Positions 1 to 13,019 of a stretch of DNA of 64,000 bases are shown piece by piece. A program made the translations under genes and the position numbers. The notes under the pieces are model-generated. The model saw nothing but the letters and a program-made list of their open reading frames with translations, did not search any database and was not told the origin of the DNA. The stretch is from the NCBI GenBank assembly GCA_013265495.1, contig MU057560.1, positions 444,753 to 508,752 of the forward strand, read 5' to 3'. The number at the start of each line of letters is the position of its first letter. Within the stretch, counting starts at the first letter, position 1. This DNA is from Vicugna vicugna (Eukaryota).

Positions 1-2184
1 TGAGCATTGATACATCATCTGTGTATTTTCATTTTCAGTAATAATTCACTGATAACCACATATATACCAAAAATACATTAAATAGGAGTTTAGAAGTTGA
101 CGTAAGAATAAAATAAATAACAATCTAAATTAATTACTTAATACCACAACACTTTCCCGTGAGAAATGTGATTAAATATGGTCTATTAAATTGGTTGAAC
201 ACTGAGTGTTCCGACACTTCGAGTGTGTGGATCTAAGATCAGTGTATCTCTCTGCTTTTTAACGACAAGCATAGCTGAAAAAGGCTCTTCAGAGCAACGT
301 GCAGGGACGATCCATTTTTGTGCTTATTAAATTATGATACTCACTGTTAAATCCCATATGCCAATTAAGTAAAAATTTGTGTTAAAATTTGTTCCATCAT
401 TTTTTTCATCTTTTATAATGTCAATCAGTTGTTCTCCTAACTAATTGGAAGGTATTGCATTTTTTATATTATTAACAGATGGGTTATAATCCCACTGAAA
501 CTTTATTTTAATTTTTTATAAAGAGGAAAATTTAGGTTTCCAAGTTTTTTTTTAAAAATGCATGAATGAGGGTTTTTTCCCTGTTGAAACAGGTGAATTA
601 CTTATATTATTTTTGGCAACGGAATCACATAATGAAATATTTCCGAGCACCTGTTTATATAATGTTCTTACCAAACAGCAGTGAATTCTTTAAAAAAAAA
701 AAAAAACAGTGACTTCTGAATTCATCATTAAAATGTCATCTGGATTTGAAGGAAGAAAGTATATTTACTTTCATGGGGAATCTGCTGGTAGATATTGGTG
801 TCTTTTGTAACGGAGCCCGCGACGCGCTCACAACTGGAGCGAAGGTCGGCGCTCTGCCACTTTCTTGCTGTTCACGTGCGCTTGCATCATTAGCATCATC
901 CTAAATCTGCTGTTTCTTTGCGGTAATTTTCTATAATGATCGTCCTTTTTGTGACAATGTTCAGATGAAGTTGGACAATATCACCTGTAAATCCATAAGC
1001 GAATAAAGTCAGTGAGTGTGAATTTGTTGACATTGCACAGTTGAGCTGACGCCCCGCGCAACCCCTCCCACGGCGCAGGCGTGCTCACACCGCCCTCCAG
1101 GAACCTCCCAGGTAGCGCGCGATGTGTGATCATCCGACACGTGCGGGGTGAGGACGCCAAGTCCATTCATGCAGCAGTTATCTGGAAGGCATGACGTCTT
1201 CCTTATTTGAAAATAGCAAAATTTTAATAAGCATTTCAACATCGTCCTCTAGAGCCCCAGTGCTCTAGCCTGTGGGTCTTCTGCCAGCGGCACCCTGCAA
1301 TGGACACGACCACTCACCTGCAGTGAAGGTGAGGCTTCCCCAAATACACACTGTGTGTCGTTCAGAAATGGGCGTGAGAACCAACCTGCCGTCAGAACTT
1401 CTCAGCCGGACACTTGAATAGAAAATGGCGGTTTTCTACCTATTCCGTCCATCTGAAACCCTCAGATCACAGGCTCCTCGGCTGTTCATTTGTTCATTCA
1501 GTTCTTTAGTTTCCCCCACACGTCTCCTTCCAAAGAATCTGAGTTTTCCATAAATTGCCAGACTTGGTCTCTTCTGCTGAAAATGGCAGAATCTTACACG
1601 AGATGCGTGGGACTGACAAAGCTCCCTGGTTCAGCTGCCTCCTGCCATCTCAGGTCTCACCTTCTCCTCATGTGTTTTCTTTTCAGCAACATCCACAAAC
1701 ACAGGGTCCCCATTACGTGTTTTCTCACCTACTGATGCTCTACAAACACCCTCTCTCTTTCTGGACAACCTCTATGACCTCTAGTCTAAGTAACTCGCAC
1801 ACATTTTTGATACGCAGTTCAAATACCATTGCCTCCCTAGAAGGATTTTCTCATCTCCACCCTCGTACCAGGTAGCTTTTCAGTAATCCAGGATGATTGT
1901 CAGTAATGATTACACCACACTGAAACTTGACTTTTCAATCTGCCACCCTTCACTGGACTGTGAATTTTGTTGGGGAAGGGACCCCATTGTAGGTGCAACG
2001 TGGAAAGAAGAAAGGAAGGTTAAGAGGTAGAATCAAGCTGCGGGAGGAACTTTCAAGAAAGTATCTCTTTCTGTTCAATTTTTGTGATTGAACGGCGTAT
2101 GTTGCTCGGACTAGACCGACACTAGACTTACTTCTATGATTTATAGGTGTAAGACCAGATCCCTCTCTAAGGAAAAGACACTTC

Positions 2185-2655
2185 TGTTGCTGAAAGCAAG
2201 GTCAGGTGCCCAACATACCATGAGGCCAGAGAAACTGAAACGTGAGAGTTTGGAGCAGAGAAAGGCTTATTGCAGGGCTGAGCAGGGAGGATGGGTGACT
2301 CGTGCCCAAGAAAACCCCTAACTCCCCAAAGGGTTTTGGCAAAGTACACGTAAAGGCCAGGGAAGGGGGTGGGGGGGTCCACAAAGTATGTGATCAGCTC
2401 ATGCTCTGATTGGTTGGTGTCGAGGTAACAGGGCGGTCAACACTAACAACCCTGAGGCGCCAGAAGGTCTCAGAGCCACGTGCTCTCAATCATCAAGTAG
2501 TTTATTTCTTCCCTTTGGTGGTGGTTTTAAGCATCTGAAAACTCAAGAAACACTCATGAGATACTATGATCTGGGTCCTTCAGAGAGGAGCTGCAGCAGA
2601 GGACATGGGGGAAGGGTCTGTCCACGGAAGACCCCACAGGGTCCTGCTCATGGCA
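2185..2655 (-). mobile_element. ERV1-class solo LTR
   Basis: TG...CA termini. Resembles cetartiodactyl ERV1 LTR motifs in reverse (gagtttggagcagagaaaggcttattgcagg; agggtcctgctc). Flanks ACTTC/GCTTC match 4/5 as a candidate TSD. CCAAT box on the minus strand at 2409-2413. Confidence 0.8.
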
Positions 2656-4924
2656 GCTTCTGATGTCCATTCTCTGGGTGTCACACCTGTCACATTTCCT
2701 CCTTCTGAGCTTCCGTCAGCCATAGGCCGTGGGGGGCCTGAGGTTTTAGAATCATCTCCCTTTTTGTTTATGAGGCCTTCCTTTGCAGGTTTGTAAATTA
2801 AAAATTATATTAATTTTATTTTTTCCTCCCTTTTTCAGTTCCTTAGTAGGATGTATATCAGCTAATGTTCCCACCTTTCCTTGGCACAGTGGAATATGCC
2901 TTCTCCCAGCCGCACGTGGGGATTTGCAGTATTTTGGCAGTTACAACATTCCAGGCTTCCTTGGAAACACAGACACTTTAATTAAGGAATAACTAAGGTC
3001 AGACGTCCATTACATTTTTTTATGCCTATCTAATTCATTTGTCAGAAAGAAAAGAATTACATTAAAAAAAACATAATGCATAATGTGTATTCTGCTGTGA
3101 GGATGCTTTCTGTCTTAATGGGAAGAATGGAATTCGAGGACCTCAGGACCAGAGTTGACATTAATGCCTTGTGTGGACCACCGCTTCTTGAACACAGGCG
3201 GACGCATTTACGGAAGCCCTCAAGTGGAAGAGTGTTTTGTGCTTCCACATTTCCCCCAACCCCCGCAGCCCGGGAGAAAGCGTGGAGGGTCTGCTCTGGG
3301 AGATGACTGTGGATGTTCTAGCACAGACAGCTCAGAGATGAGGGGGGCACTGTTACTCCAAGCAAACGGGGCATCTCTTCTCTCTGTTGTGTGTCTGAGG
3401 CAGATGTGGGCAGGGGCTGGGTTGGAAGCAATATTGGAGGGGGAAGGATGAGTACATAGTTGCCCCTGGGGGAGGCCACAGTGGTGGCAGAGGGAAGCGG
3501 GCTAGCAGTACGTCCTGTGTCTGCCAGAACACCTACAGGGCCTGTGTGGGGAAGAGAAGTCAAGTCACAGAGCACGTACAGAGAGTGGAGAGAGAAATTA
3601 CTTGATTTTCACTATTCACGGGTTAAGCTCCCAAGCCATGATAATTCAATTAAAGATGGGAGTAAATTTGAAACTCTAGAAAATTTGGGACACACAGAGT
3701 CTAACCCTTGGATTTCATACAGAATCACAGTCAGTCCTCTTAACAATTCTGTGTGCTTGGCAATATTATGTCAGGGTCCCGGATTTTTTTTAAAAAATAA
3801 GGTACCAAGAGGAACTGTCTTGGACATCGCGCTAGTAAATGGGAAAAGCAGGATTTTTAAACATGGGCCTATCAAAGGTGTGTATTAACCAGCAGAGAGT
3901 CCTCAGTTGGCAAAGCTACAAGAAATACATTGGCGTCAGAGAACAAGAGAATCTTGATGAGAGACCGAGGTGGGGGACAGAGATGCAGTTTGTAAAAATA
4001 TATTCAAAATTACAATTACGTATCTGGAAGACAAAACAAAACAGTACCTTGTTTTCCAGGACAAAAGACAGGAAGCAAATTTTGAAAGAAATATTATCTA
4101 CTAATAGCATATAAATATTTTAAATTATGTGAAATATTTCATTCGTGTTGCTTTGTAAATTATCCGTTTGTGCATTATTACTACTGAAGTATAAGCTCTT
4201 TGAGGACAAAAGTTGGGTCCCATTCGTTTTTATGACCATAGTACCCTTCTTTCTGGATTAAAACCCCAAACATAACATATACATTTATCTCACGCTACAG
4301 AATATTAAGAAATCTTCATAATACGAGGCAATCTATTGAATTAAAATAATGTTGGATTTGCCTTTAGATGCGACCTTGAATTTTGACATTGAATCCCAGA
4401 CTTTGAGGGAAACCTCATTATATCTTAAGAACATTTTCCATCGGCTTAAAAAGGAGCCATTAACAATACATAAATCACAATTGTATTTGTAAAGACTTCT
4501 GCGTGGGCCACAAGGTTCAGAATCCCAACTTGAGCTCCAGGAAAAGAGGAACAACCCTGGCTCCACGTAAACCCCACGGAGGGGACAGTAAAGTCCTGCA
4601 GAGGCTCAGGGACAGATGAGACTAGAAGTCCAGCGTCACCAGGATCCTCTTCACCATCTCTCATCTCTATTTCTCTTTCCAGGTTACCCTCATTCCGTGG
4701 AGTAGCTTTAGCACCTGGCTGGATGAGAGGTGAGTGTTCACAGACCGCAGCCCTCCCATCTCCAATCCCCTGCCCCCTTTCTTCACTTCAGAAAGGTCGT
4801 GAGAAAGGGTCTGTTTTGCTTGGCTTGGATTCAACACTGTTCTTAGATGAACCCGTCTGTATGGAGCCATATTATTGATGCAATTAAGCTAAGCTATTTT
4901 TCTCCTGCTGGGTGAGGGTGGAGA

Positions 4925-4965
4925 AAAAAAGAGGGAGAGAGAAGGGGGGAGAGAGAGAGAGAGGA
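4925..4965. repeat. (GA)-rich purine microsatellite
   Basis: gagggagagagaaggggggagagagagagagagg. Confidence 0.8.
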
Positions 4966-5439
4966 TGTGATTATGTGATGCCCTGCAGGGAGCAGGTGAC
5001 AGGAGCCCTGACTCTCCTCTTCCCAGTTAATCTCAGGGTCCAGGTGCCTCTCGGAAAATGAGCATCTTTCCAAGTTGTGTTCTACCATACGACATCCTTT
5101 ATTTTTAAGACCATGATCCTTAAACACAAGCCAGCTAATTCCTTCAATGGTCATTTGAAGAAACAGCTGTCTTTTTCAATGCTGGAGACAAATCTGGCTA
5201 TGTTGGATTTATTGAAAAATGCGATGTTGTTGTCCAACTTGGCATATGACCATGGCCATTTGTAATATATTTTAAGGACAATTCTAGGGAACTTCAAGGA
5301 TTTTATATAATATTTTTCCCTGTAGTTGCTCTTCAATGCTGACTTCCTTTGAAATCTATAGAGACAAAAAATAGATAAGTATTTTTTTTCAGTCTGAGTT
5401 GGGCAGATGGGAGGATAAGGAGGTGATAAATCAAAAGTA

Positions 5440-5590
5440 TAGGGTTTCTTTTCGAGGTGACGAAAATGTTTTAAAATTGACCAGTGATGGTTGCACATGT
5501 CTGTGATATACTAAAAACATATTAAATTGTACAATTTAAATGGGTAACTTGTACAGTATATTAATTATATCTCAGTAAAGCTATCTCAAA
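5440..5590 (+). mobile_element. Old L1 (L1MB/MC-like) extreme 3' end
   Basis: ggtttcttttcgaggtgacgaaaatgttttaaaattg...gatggttgcac...aattatatctcagtaaagct matches the typical L1M 3' terminus. Confidence 0.8.
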
Positions 5591-6859
5591 AACCATACCC
5601 TCTTAACTAAATTAGGTGCTGCTCCAGTGTAGAAAAATGGAGCCAACTGGTGGACCATGAGTCGATAAACCACAGCTGGAAGTTAGAATATTAAAGAATG
5701 TGATGGCGTCATTATGGAAGCTAAGGAAGAAAAGGGCTTGTAAATGACCTCTGCAAGGGAGCAGGAGTGAGGATGGATCTTGTTTCCTTGCTGATTGAAG
5801 ACTCGCTGTGCCCCGACCTCATCTAAGAATCAGCGAAGGTCTCCAGGAACAGAAAGGCTCTGAGTCCAGCACCTGCCTTTCCAGGCCCCCCAACACTCCC
5901 TCACTCTGTTTTCTCCTGTGCGTCTCTGATGCCCTAGAGAGGAAGTGAGGAGACAGCAATTAGGAAAGAAGGAGCGAGAAAAAGATTGAGCGCAGGAATG
6001 AATCCGTGCAGCCCTGTGAGCACATAAAAGTGGGTGAGGGTGCAGACAAAGGAAAAAGAGGGAAACACGGCGGCCTGTGCAGTGCAAACCCTCACCTACC
6101 CTGAGTACGACCTGAAGACAGTCTGTCTGGGTGGAGAGCAGGGTGGGTGAGTGGAGAAAATGCAGGGATCCGACCAAGGCGGGGAAGATGGAAGTCGAAC
6201 TGAGACTTGCAAGCATAGGTCTCGGGGGAGTTTATGGGCTAAATAAGACAAGAGAATGGTGTCATATATTTTTAAAGAGGATTCCCTTGAAGTGAGGCTT
6301 ACAAAGACCTTGCTTTGGTCCAGAGAGGGGGAGCTACTTCCCACTAGGCCGGGGAAGACGCTAAAGAGAGAGAGACAATGGCCAGCAAGAAGCAGCATGA
6401 CTGGGTGGGGATGTGCAGTTGTCATCCTTACACTCGGCCTGGGAGTCATGACACATCGTGCTGATGAAGGAGCACCAGAAGAGGCTGGTAGAACATCAAA
6501 GACCACAGGAAATATCTGGAATGTCTACATAATAAATATAATGCATAATATGCAATTTAGAGGCTTTGTAAATTCTGACGCTTGCATTTTATTCTCTGCT
6601 TTCTACCACAGAGAAAGCTTTCATTCTAAAAATGCTACTTAGAAATCAGTTATCTTGCAAAAGATGACTTGTAGGAAGCGGATGCCATGGACAAATTAGA
6701 ATGGTTGGTGCATCTGGGTGATCATGAGGAATGGTGCTTTCGAGGCTAAGTCTCAGGAAGCCCAGAGAAAGGGGAAGGGAGGTGGATCCATGGCCCTGAT
6801 GGCCTCGATCCACCAGACCTCCCTTTCTCCTTTCTCTTGTGGTTCTTCCCACCTAAAAG

Positions 6860-7240
6860 GCAGATCTCTTTCCCAGCCCCTTGGTTTTTGGTGGTTGCAT
6901 GATGACCCTTGGCCAGGACAGGACAGTGGAAGTGACTGGACTAGCTCTGCATTTGGGCCTCAAGGCCTTCGCCTTCCCACATGCTCAGCAAGCTCAGGTT
7001 TACCAGCTGGAGATGAGGGACCTGTGGGATAGTCTCCTGGCTTAGGCTAGCCTAGATTAGCCAGCACTCAGCTGACCTCCAGACACGTGGTTGAGCCTAG
7101 CCAAGAGCAGAGGAACTGCCCGGCAGAGCCCAGCCTACATCTCTGATCCGCAGACTCCTGAGCTGAACAAATGTGTGTTGTGTTAACCCACTAGGTTTTG
7201 TGCTTGTGTGAAACGGTCTTGCAGCAAAGTTAACTAACAT
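6860..7240 (+). mobile_element. MaLR LTR (MLT1H/I/J-like)
   Basis: 3' end gagcctagccaagagcagaggaactgcccggcagagcccagcc...aacccactaggttttg...gcagcaaagttaactaaca is typical of MLT1H-J. Confidence 0.75.
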
Positions 7241-7269
7241 AGGACCTGATGTTTGCCAATATCTGAGAT

Positions 7270-7445
7270 TGTGTCTGGGGCTGTGCTCGGCATTTACACC
7301 ATCATTAACTTAAAATATCAACATTATTATCCCCATTATATAACTGAGTAAAATTATAGAAGGTAAAAAAATTTCCTAGATCACTTAGCTGATTAAAATA
7401 AGATCTCAATACTAGGTAGATCTGACTACAAATCCATGGCTTTTT
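7270..7445 (-). mobile_element. MIR SINE
   Basis: ttattatccccattatataactgag...tttcctagatcacttagct...tctgactacaaatccatg resembles the reverse MIR core. Confidence 0.65.
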
Positions 7446-8229
7446 TTTTAACATGTTTATTTTCTACTGTACTTATCTTTCTGCTCTGGGAAAATGAGAC
7501 AGTCATCATCTGACAGCAAATAGTTCTGAAATGCTGATGGGAATATTAGTAGGTTTATGCAGGCACAATGACTGAATATAAGCTACCCAGTAAGCTGATA
7601 AAATAAATCATAACCCCAGTGACTTAGTGTAAGTGAAACAAAATACCTACAGTGGGATAGCCAGTGGCCGTAATCTTTATGGAATAATTGTGTGGCCAGT
7701 TTTACATTCCAGTTGATCACTACCTATGCATCAATAAGGCCCTATAAATAAAGACATTCCAGTTATTTCCCATTTACACGGCACTAAATCTTAACAGGCT
7801 GAAATTGAAATTCAGATTCTGACACTGAAGAAGCAGGAACCCCTGAGCAGTGATTAAACCTGAGATCTGGCAGCAACTTCAAGTGAATTCTGTATTAAAA
7901 CATGGGAAAGCCTTAAGCCTCAGCTAAAGTCATCCAATTCTTTCTTATTACTGATGAGGAAACATTGAACTCTCATTTAAAGTAACACACAATGCAGTTT
8001 GATTTCTGCATGTGTGATGAATGATTGGGGCAGCCGTCCTCCCTTTCCATTGCCAAAGTTGCACACGTCTGTTACAAGTGCCTCATCTCCACCTGCTATC
8101 TGGATCTGATATTTGCTTCTGCCCTTTCCAGAATATCTGCTGCTCTAACTTTTGACAGACACTCATAGGAAATGTGATGGAAACTGAGATGTGGCACCTC
8201 CAATCACCTTACAGGGCAAACAAAAACCC

Positions 8230-8640
8230 TCTCTGTTAAAACACACACAAAACGGTTCAAAGACTCCTCACAGATAAAATTTCAAAAAACATGAACTCAT
8301 AATCAAGAATCTCTGAATACATAAAGAAAGAGAGAAGCATCATAAAAGAAAACAATGCAATTAGAGCTGTTAAAAATCGGTAACAGAATTCTTATATGTG
8401 TCATAAAAATAAGTATATAATTTTGTTGAGAAAATAATGTTTTGAAAATTGATAAAAGAATAAGAAATTATCAAGAATTACTGAAAAGATTTTTTATAAA
8501 ACCAAATAGAATCTGAAAATACACTATGTATTAATTGGCGTTAGATATACAATGGAAATGTTAAACATAAATTAGATCCAACTGAAAAGAGAATTAGTAA
8601 ACGAGAAGAGAGATTTGAAGAAATCAGTATATTCCAAAAA
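8230..8640 (+). mobile_element. Ancient L1 fragment (ORF1-like region)
   Basis: A-rich degenerate sequence including attagatccaactgaaaagagaattagtaaacgagaagagagatttgaagaaatc. Confidence 0.55.
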
Positions 8641-8869
8641 TCTAAATACAATAAAATACACAACTAATAAATTACTGTGATATTGAAAGACATCTGGGCC
8701 AAAAGAAGTTATTAAAATAAGCTGGATTGAAACACAGATTATCTGCTTGGAAATTATGCTGTATTAAATCATACATTATATTTCAGTTATACTGAAAACA
8801 TTTCTCAAGAACAAAAGCAAATGTAGCCTGAGAACTTCTATAGCCAGTTAGTAAAAGAGTTTAAAAGTT

Positions 8870-9345
8870 TCTTAAAAAGTTAAACATAATGCTTATTTAT
8901 ATACTAGCCATACCCCCAAATAATTGAAAACATACAGCTCCACAAAGACTGTACACAGATGTGCAAAACAGCTTTGTGTGGCATGTACATGTATTTTACA
9001 TGTAATGCTGTTCAGGAAAAAAATGAACGAATTTTGAACATAAACAAGGATAAATCAAAATAATTATGTTAACTAAAATAAGCCACCCCCCCCAAATTGA
9101 TACCACTTATTTGATATTACAGAATATTGCAAATCTATCGTGACAGAAAATAGATACAGTGGTTTCCTGAAGGTGGGGTTAGAAGATGTGGGTTGCAAAG
9201 AGGCAAAAGAAATATTTTGGGTCTGATGGAAATATTCAGTGTCTTGATTGTGCTAATGGTTTCACAGTGTGTGCATATGATGAAACTTACCAATTTGCAT
9301 GCCTTAAATATAATTAGACTTAAATTTGAATTAAAAATTTGACTT
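8870..9345 (+). mobile_element. Ancient L1 (L1MC/ME-like) 3' UTR
   Basis: ctatcgtgacagaaaatagatacagtggtttcc...gatggaaatattcagtgtcttgattgtgctaatggtttcacagtgtgtg. Confidence 0.7.
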
Positions 9346-9469
9346 AAATCAAACATCTTAACACTGAAATGTAGAGTTTAGTATATATACATATGCAAGA
9401 GATGACTATGCATATGCAAATAATGAGGGTGATGAATCTGTGCCATTGCAAGATTTATATGTTATTCTC

Positions 9470-9640
9470 TTGCTAGCGGCAAAGAATAGAAAATATAATT
9501 AATTACAATCGTAAATACTTGAGAATAAATTTGACACAAATTATTGAGGAATTTAATGCTATGAACTACAAAACAACATTGTTGGTAACTGAAAAGCACA
9601 TAAATAGAGAAAAATAAATATAACAGCATCTCATGGATTT
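9470..9640 (+). mobile_element. L1 ORF2 fragment
   Basis: aaatacttgagaataaatttgac...aactacaaaaca...catctcatggatt resembles L1 ORF2. Confidence 0.55.
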
Positions 9641-9644
9641 TAGT

Positions 9645-10390
9645 ACGTATTTCTCTAATGATTCATGATGTTGAGCATCTTTTCATGTGCTTATTTGATG
9701 TCAGTATATCTTCTTTCATGAAGTTTCTGTACAAGCATTTTTGATTATTTTTAAACTGGGTTTTTGATTTTCTTACTGTTGATTTTTTAGAGGTCTTTAC
9801 ATATTACAGATATATAATCTCTATTACACATATATTTTGCAATATTTTCTCTTAGATTGTGGCCTGTCTTTTTAACTGTCTTAATAGATAATTTCTTTCA
9901 AAGAGCAGAAGTTTCTAACGCTGGTAGGGCTTTTTTTGTTATTTCGTTTTTTATGTACTGTGCTTTTCATGGCATATCTGAGAAATCTTTATCTAATCTA
10001 AGATTTATGTTTTCTTTAAGATGTTTTGTAGTTTTTGGTTTTACATTTAACTCTATGATCTATTTCAGGGTTACTTTTATTTATGGAGTGACGTAAGTAC
10101 AGAAATGTTTTGCTTTTTCATATTTTTGCATGTGATGTCCAATTGTTCAACGCTGTTGAAAAGATTATTCATTCTCCATTGAATTGGCTTTACAACTTTG
10201 TCAAAAATAAATTTTCTGCATATGTTTGGATTGATTTCTGGACTCTATTCTTCTTCAATGAACCATGTGTCACCTTTTTTTTTTTTCAATACTACATGCC
10301 TGAAACACTCTAGCTTTATAATATCTTACATCCAGTCACGTGAGTCTAACAGGTTAGTTCTTTTCTTCCAAGATGTTGATTTCTTTTTTT
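9645..10390 (-). mobile_element. L1 ORF2 3' region, antisense
   Basis: atgatgttgagcatcttttcatgtgcttattt...ctttgtcaaaaataaat...tttctggactctattct are canonical antisense L1 motifs. Confidence 0.85.
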
Positions 10391-10812
10391 TTTTCTACTA
10401 TAAGTTTGAGGATGAGTTGCTTTTGTGATTTGCCATTTGAACACAGAACAACGCCCTAGCTAGAGAAATGATTTTCCACTCCTGAAGCAAGACACCGTGT
10501 ACATCACCCAGTGCACTCAAGTCCTGAGGGCCTCCTGTCTGGCTGGGAGAACAGGCACTAATCCGGGCCCTGTGTGAGCCCTGGGAACTGTCACCTTCAT
10601 CCTTTGCCCCGGGTGCATGTGCTGGTCTGCGCTCATCAAAGATGAAGCAGGGACCTTCTGCAGATCTCTCGGGGGCTTCGTCTGTGTCGCTCTATTCCAC
10701 ACTCTCACCGAGAGCATACTAGGGAAGAGCAAATCTGACTCCCTATGACATCTTTTTGTTGAGCTCTAACCCTGTGCTGAGTCACGCTGGTTCTGCACCT
10801 TTTGCGAGAGAG

Positions 10813-11214
10813 TGTTGCCTAGAGCCTGAAATATACAGAAGAGCCCGTTCTCAGGGCTCTAATCTTTAAGCAGGTAACATTTTTCCATTCATATAGGGAT
10901 AACCAGTCGCAGAAAAGAGAATAACATTTGTCTTGTTGGAGGCTTACAGGAACATCATGACCTGAGCCACATGGACAGCTGCGAGAACAAAGGATTCCAA
11001 CACCAAGACGTTTGCAACAACCAACCATGCCACCCTGTTTAGTATAAAAGGAGCCTGAAGTCTGATTTGGGCAAGATGGTTCTCCAGGACATTAGTCTGC
11101 CATTTTCTCAGTCAGCTGGCTTTCCAAAAAGTTACTGTTCCTTGCCCCAACATCTCATCTCCCAATTCGCTGGCCTGTCTTGCCGCGAGCAGAGCAAGTT
11201 TGGACTCAGGAACA
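10813..11214 (+). mobile_element. ERV1-class solo LTR, apparently full length (402 bp)
   Basis: TG...CA termini, TATAAAA at 11043-11049, typical end gagcagagcaagtttggactcaggaaca, flanks AGAG/AGAA (3/4). Confidence 0.85.
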
Positions 11215-12469
11215 AGAATGCAAGCTGCTCAGTGTCCCAGACTCTCAGCTCTGTCCCCGCACCTTGGGGAGTCTGTTTGCTGGCTTCCCCTCCTGCTCCT
11301 GGCCCTGGAACTTTCTGAGGGCTACCCGATGAGAGATCTGAGGGTCCACCAGGTTTGTTTCCCATCTCTCAGGGACCACCATTTCTTGTCTCCTGAGGGA
11401 CAGGGTCCTGAAAAACTTTGTTTCATCAATAGTCTCCATTTTTGGGGTTATTTATTTAGAGAGAGTCATCTGATCCCTAATGCTCCATCTTGGCCAAAAG
11501 CACGAGTCCACCGTCACACATTTTCAGACACTTCTCACATTTGTCTCTTTTTCAGCATTCAATAGTTTATTTTCTGAAAGTTCCAAATTTCAAGTTGACA
11601 GTACACGAGAACGTACCTGGAGTGAAGTTTTATTCCTTAGTGGGCTTGTAAAACAGTGGCCCTCACAATAGGATTTCTCTTAAATTAGAAAAAAATAAAA
11701 ATAAAAAAGAATTCTATATTACAAGTCCAGGTCAGATGTCACCTCCTCGGCTGCAAAGCCTTTTCTCCTTTCTCTGACTGCTCCAAAGCACATAACAAGT
11801 CATTTACATTTTGGGGAGAGGGGTGAGAGGGATGGAAAGAGAAAAGGAAGACAGAAAAGGAGGGGAAGGAAAAAAATCTGCTCTGGAAATCAAATATCTA
11901 AACTCTAGGTTCTCTTTTTAAGCAATTAGAATTGGCCCTGAGCACAATTTCCAGTCTCCTGGGACTTCTCTCCTTTTCCTGTTATCAACTCCTACCTACA
12001 GCCTGCAGCCCTCATATAGAATTTCACATCCTTTAACCAGCAGCTAATGCAGAAAAAAATGTGAATTTATGAAGTATCCAGTCATTTGGAACTTGAGACC
12101 ATGTTTACTCTAGCTGTTTAAACTGTTCTCAATGCACGCTCAAGCAAGTTTAACACCAAACTGAAAGCTAAGAAATAATTAACTACTTGACAGATCATTT
12201 TGAAGAATTTTTAGCACATTCGTTTACATCCATTTTTTTTTAACGTTCCTTAAATTATCTTCATTTGGTATACACAATTTATCAATCCAGGTTATGAAAT
12301 GTGCATGAGCCTTTAAAAATAGGTATATTTTATACATGTGTATAGTAATACACAATCTCAGCCCTCTGTAAATGAACTTCCTCACTCACCTGTCATGTCC
12401 TCGGTGTCCCCAGTGATCCAGCGAGGTTTCACTGAACTTCTGGATTCTTCTCGATAATTAATCAGTACT

Positions 12470-12650
12470 AACAGCTAATATTTACTGAGTCAGATGCTAT
12501 TCTCCGTGTGTTCCCTGCACTGAGCCACTTAGTTTGAACTGCTGGTCCATTTTCTGATGAGAAACGTGAGGCACCATTAAGACCCTTACAAATGTTTGCA
12601 CAGCTCTCAGTACAAAGCTGGGACTTAAGAGAGCTGCCCGGCTTCAGATA
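12470..12650 (-). mobile_element. MIR SINE
   Basis: agctaatatttactgag...ccattttctgatgagaaacgtgaggca...gctgggactta. Confidence 0.6.
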
Positions 12651-13019
12651 CCACCTCCATCACCCCTACTACGGGGCCTCTCAGGCTGTGTGTATTTTTA
12701 ATTTTAGATGTAATCCAGAGTTTCCTGAAAACTTAAAGCCCAAACTGAAAGTTCTTCCAAAACAATGAAGCTATTTTAAGCATCCAGCTCTAATTCGCTG
12801 TCAGCCTGGTCAAGGGAGGGGGCAGTCTGCACGTGCGCATTTGAAGATGAGTAAGGCTCTCGGCAGCCCCAGCCGAGCCATTTCCCCTGTTCTCTGTTTT
12901 CAGAACCTTCCTTTTCCGTCTCTTCTTTGCGCTCCCTCCTTTTTCCCTCTCTCCTTTCTTTTAGCCTGCCATGCTGATTTTATTCCCAAGTTGTATTCAG
13001 TTCTATGCTCTGATGTGGA

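Noticed and set aside
10962-10982. REST/RE1-like site in the LTR
   Set aside because: The right half matches (ATGGACAGC), but the left-half core CAGCACC is broken
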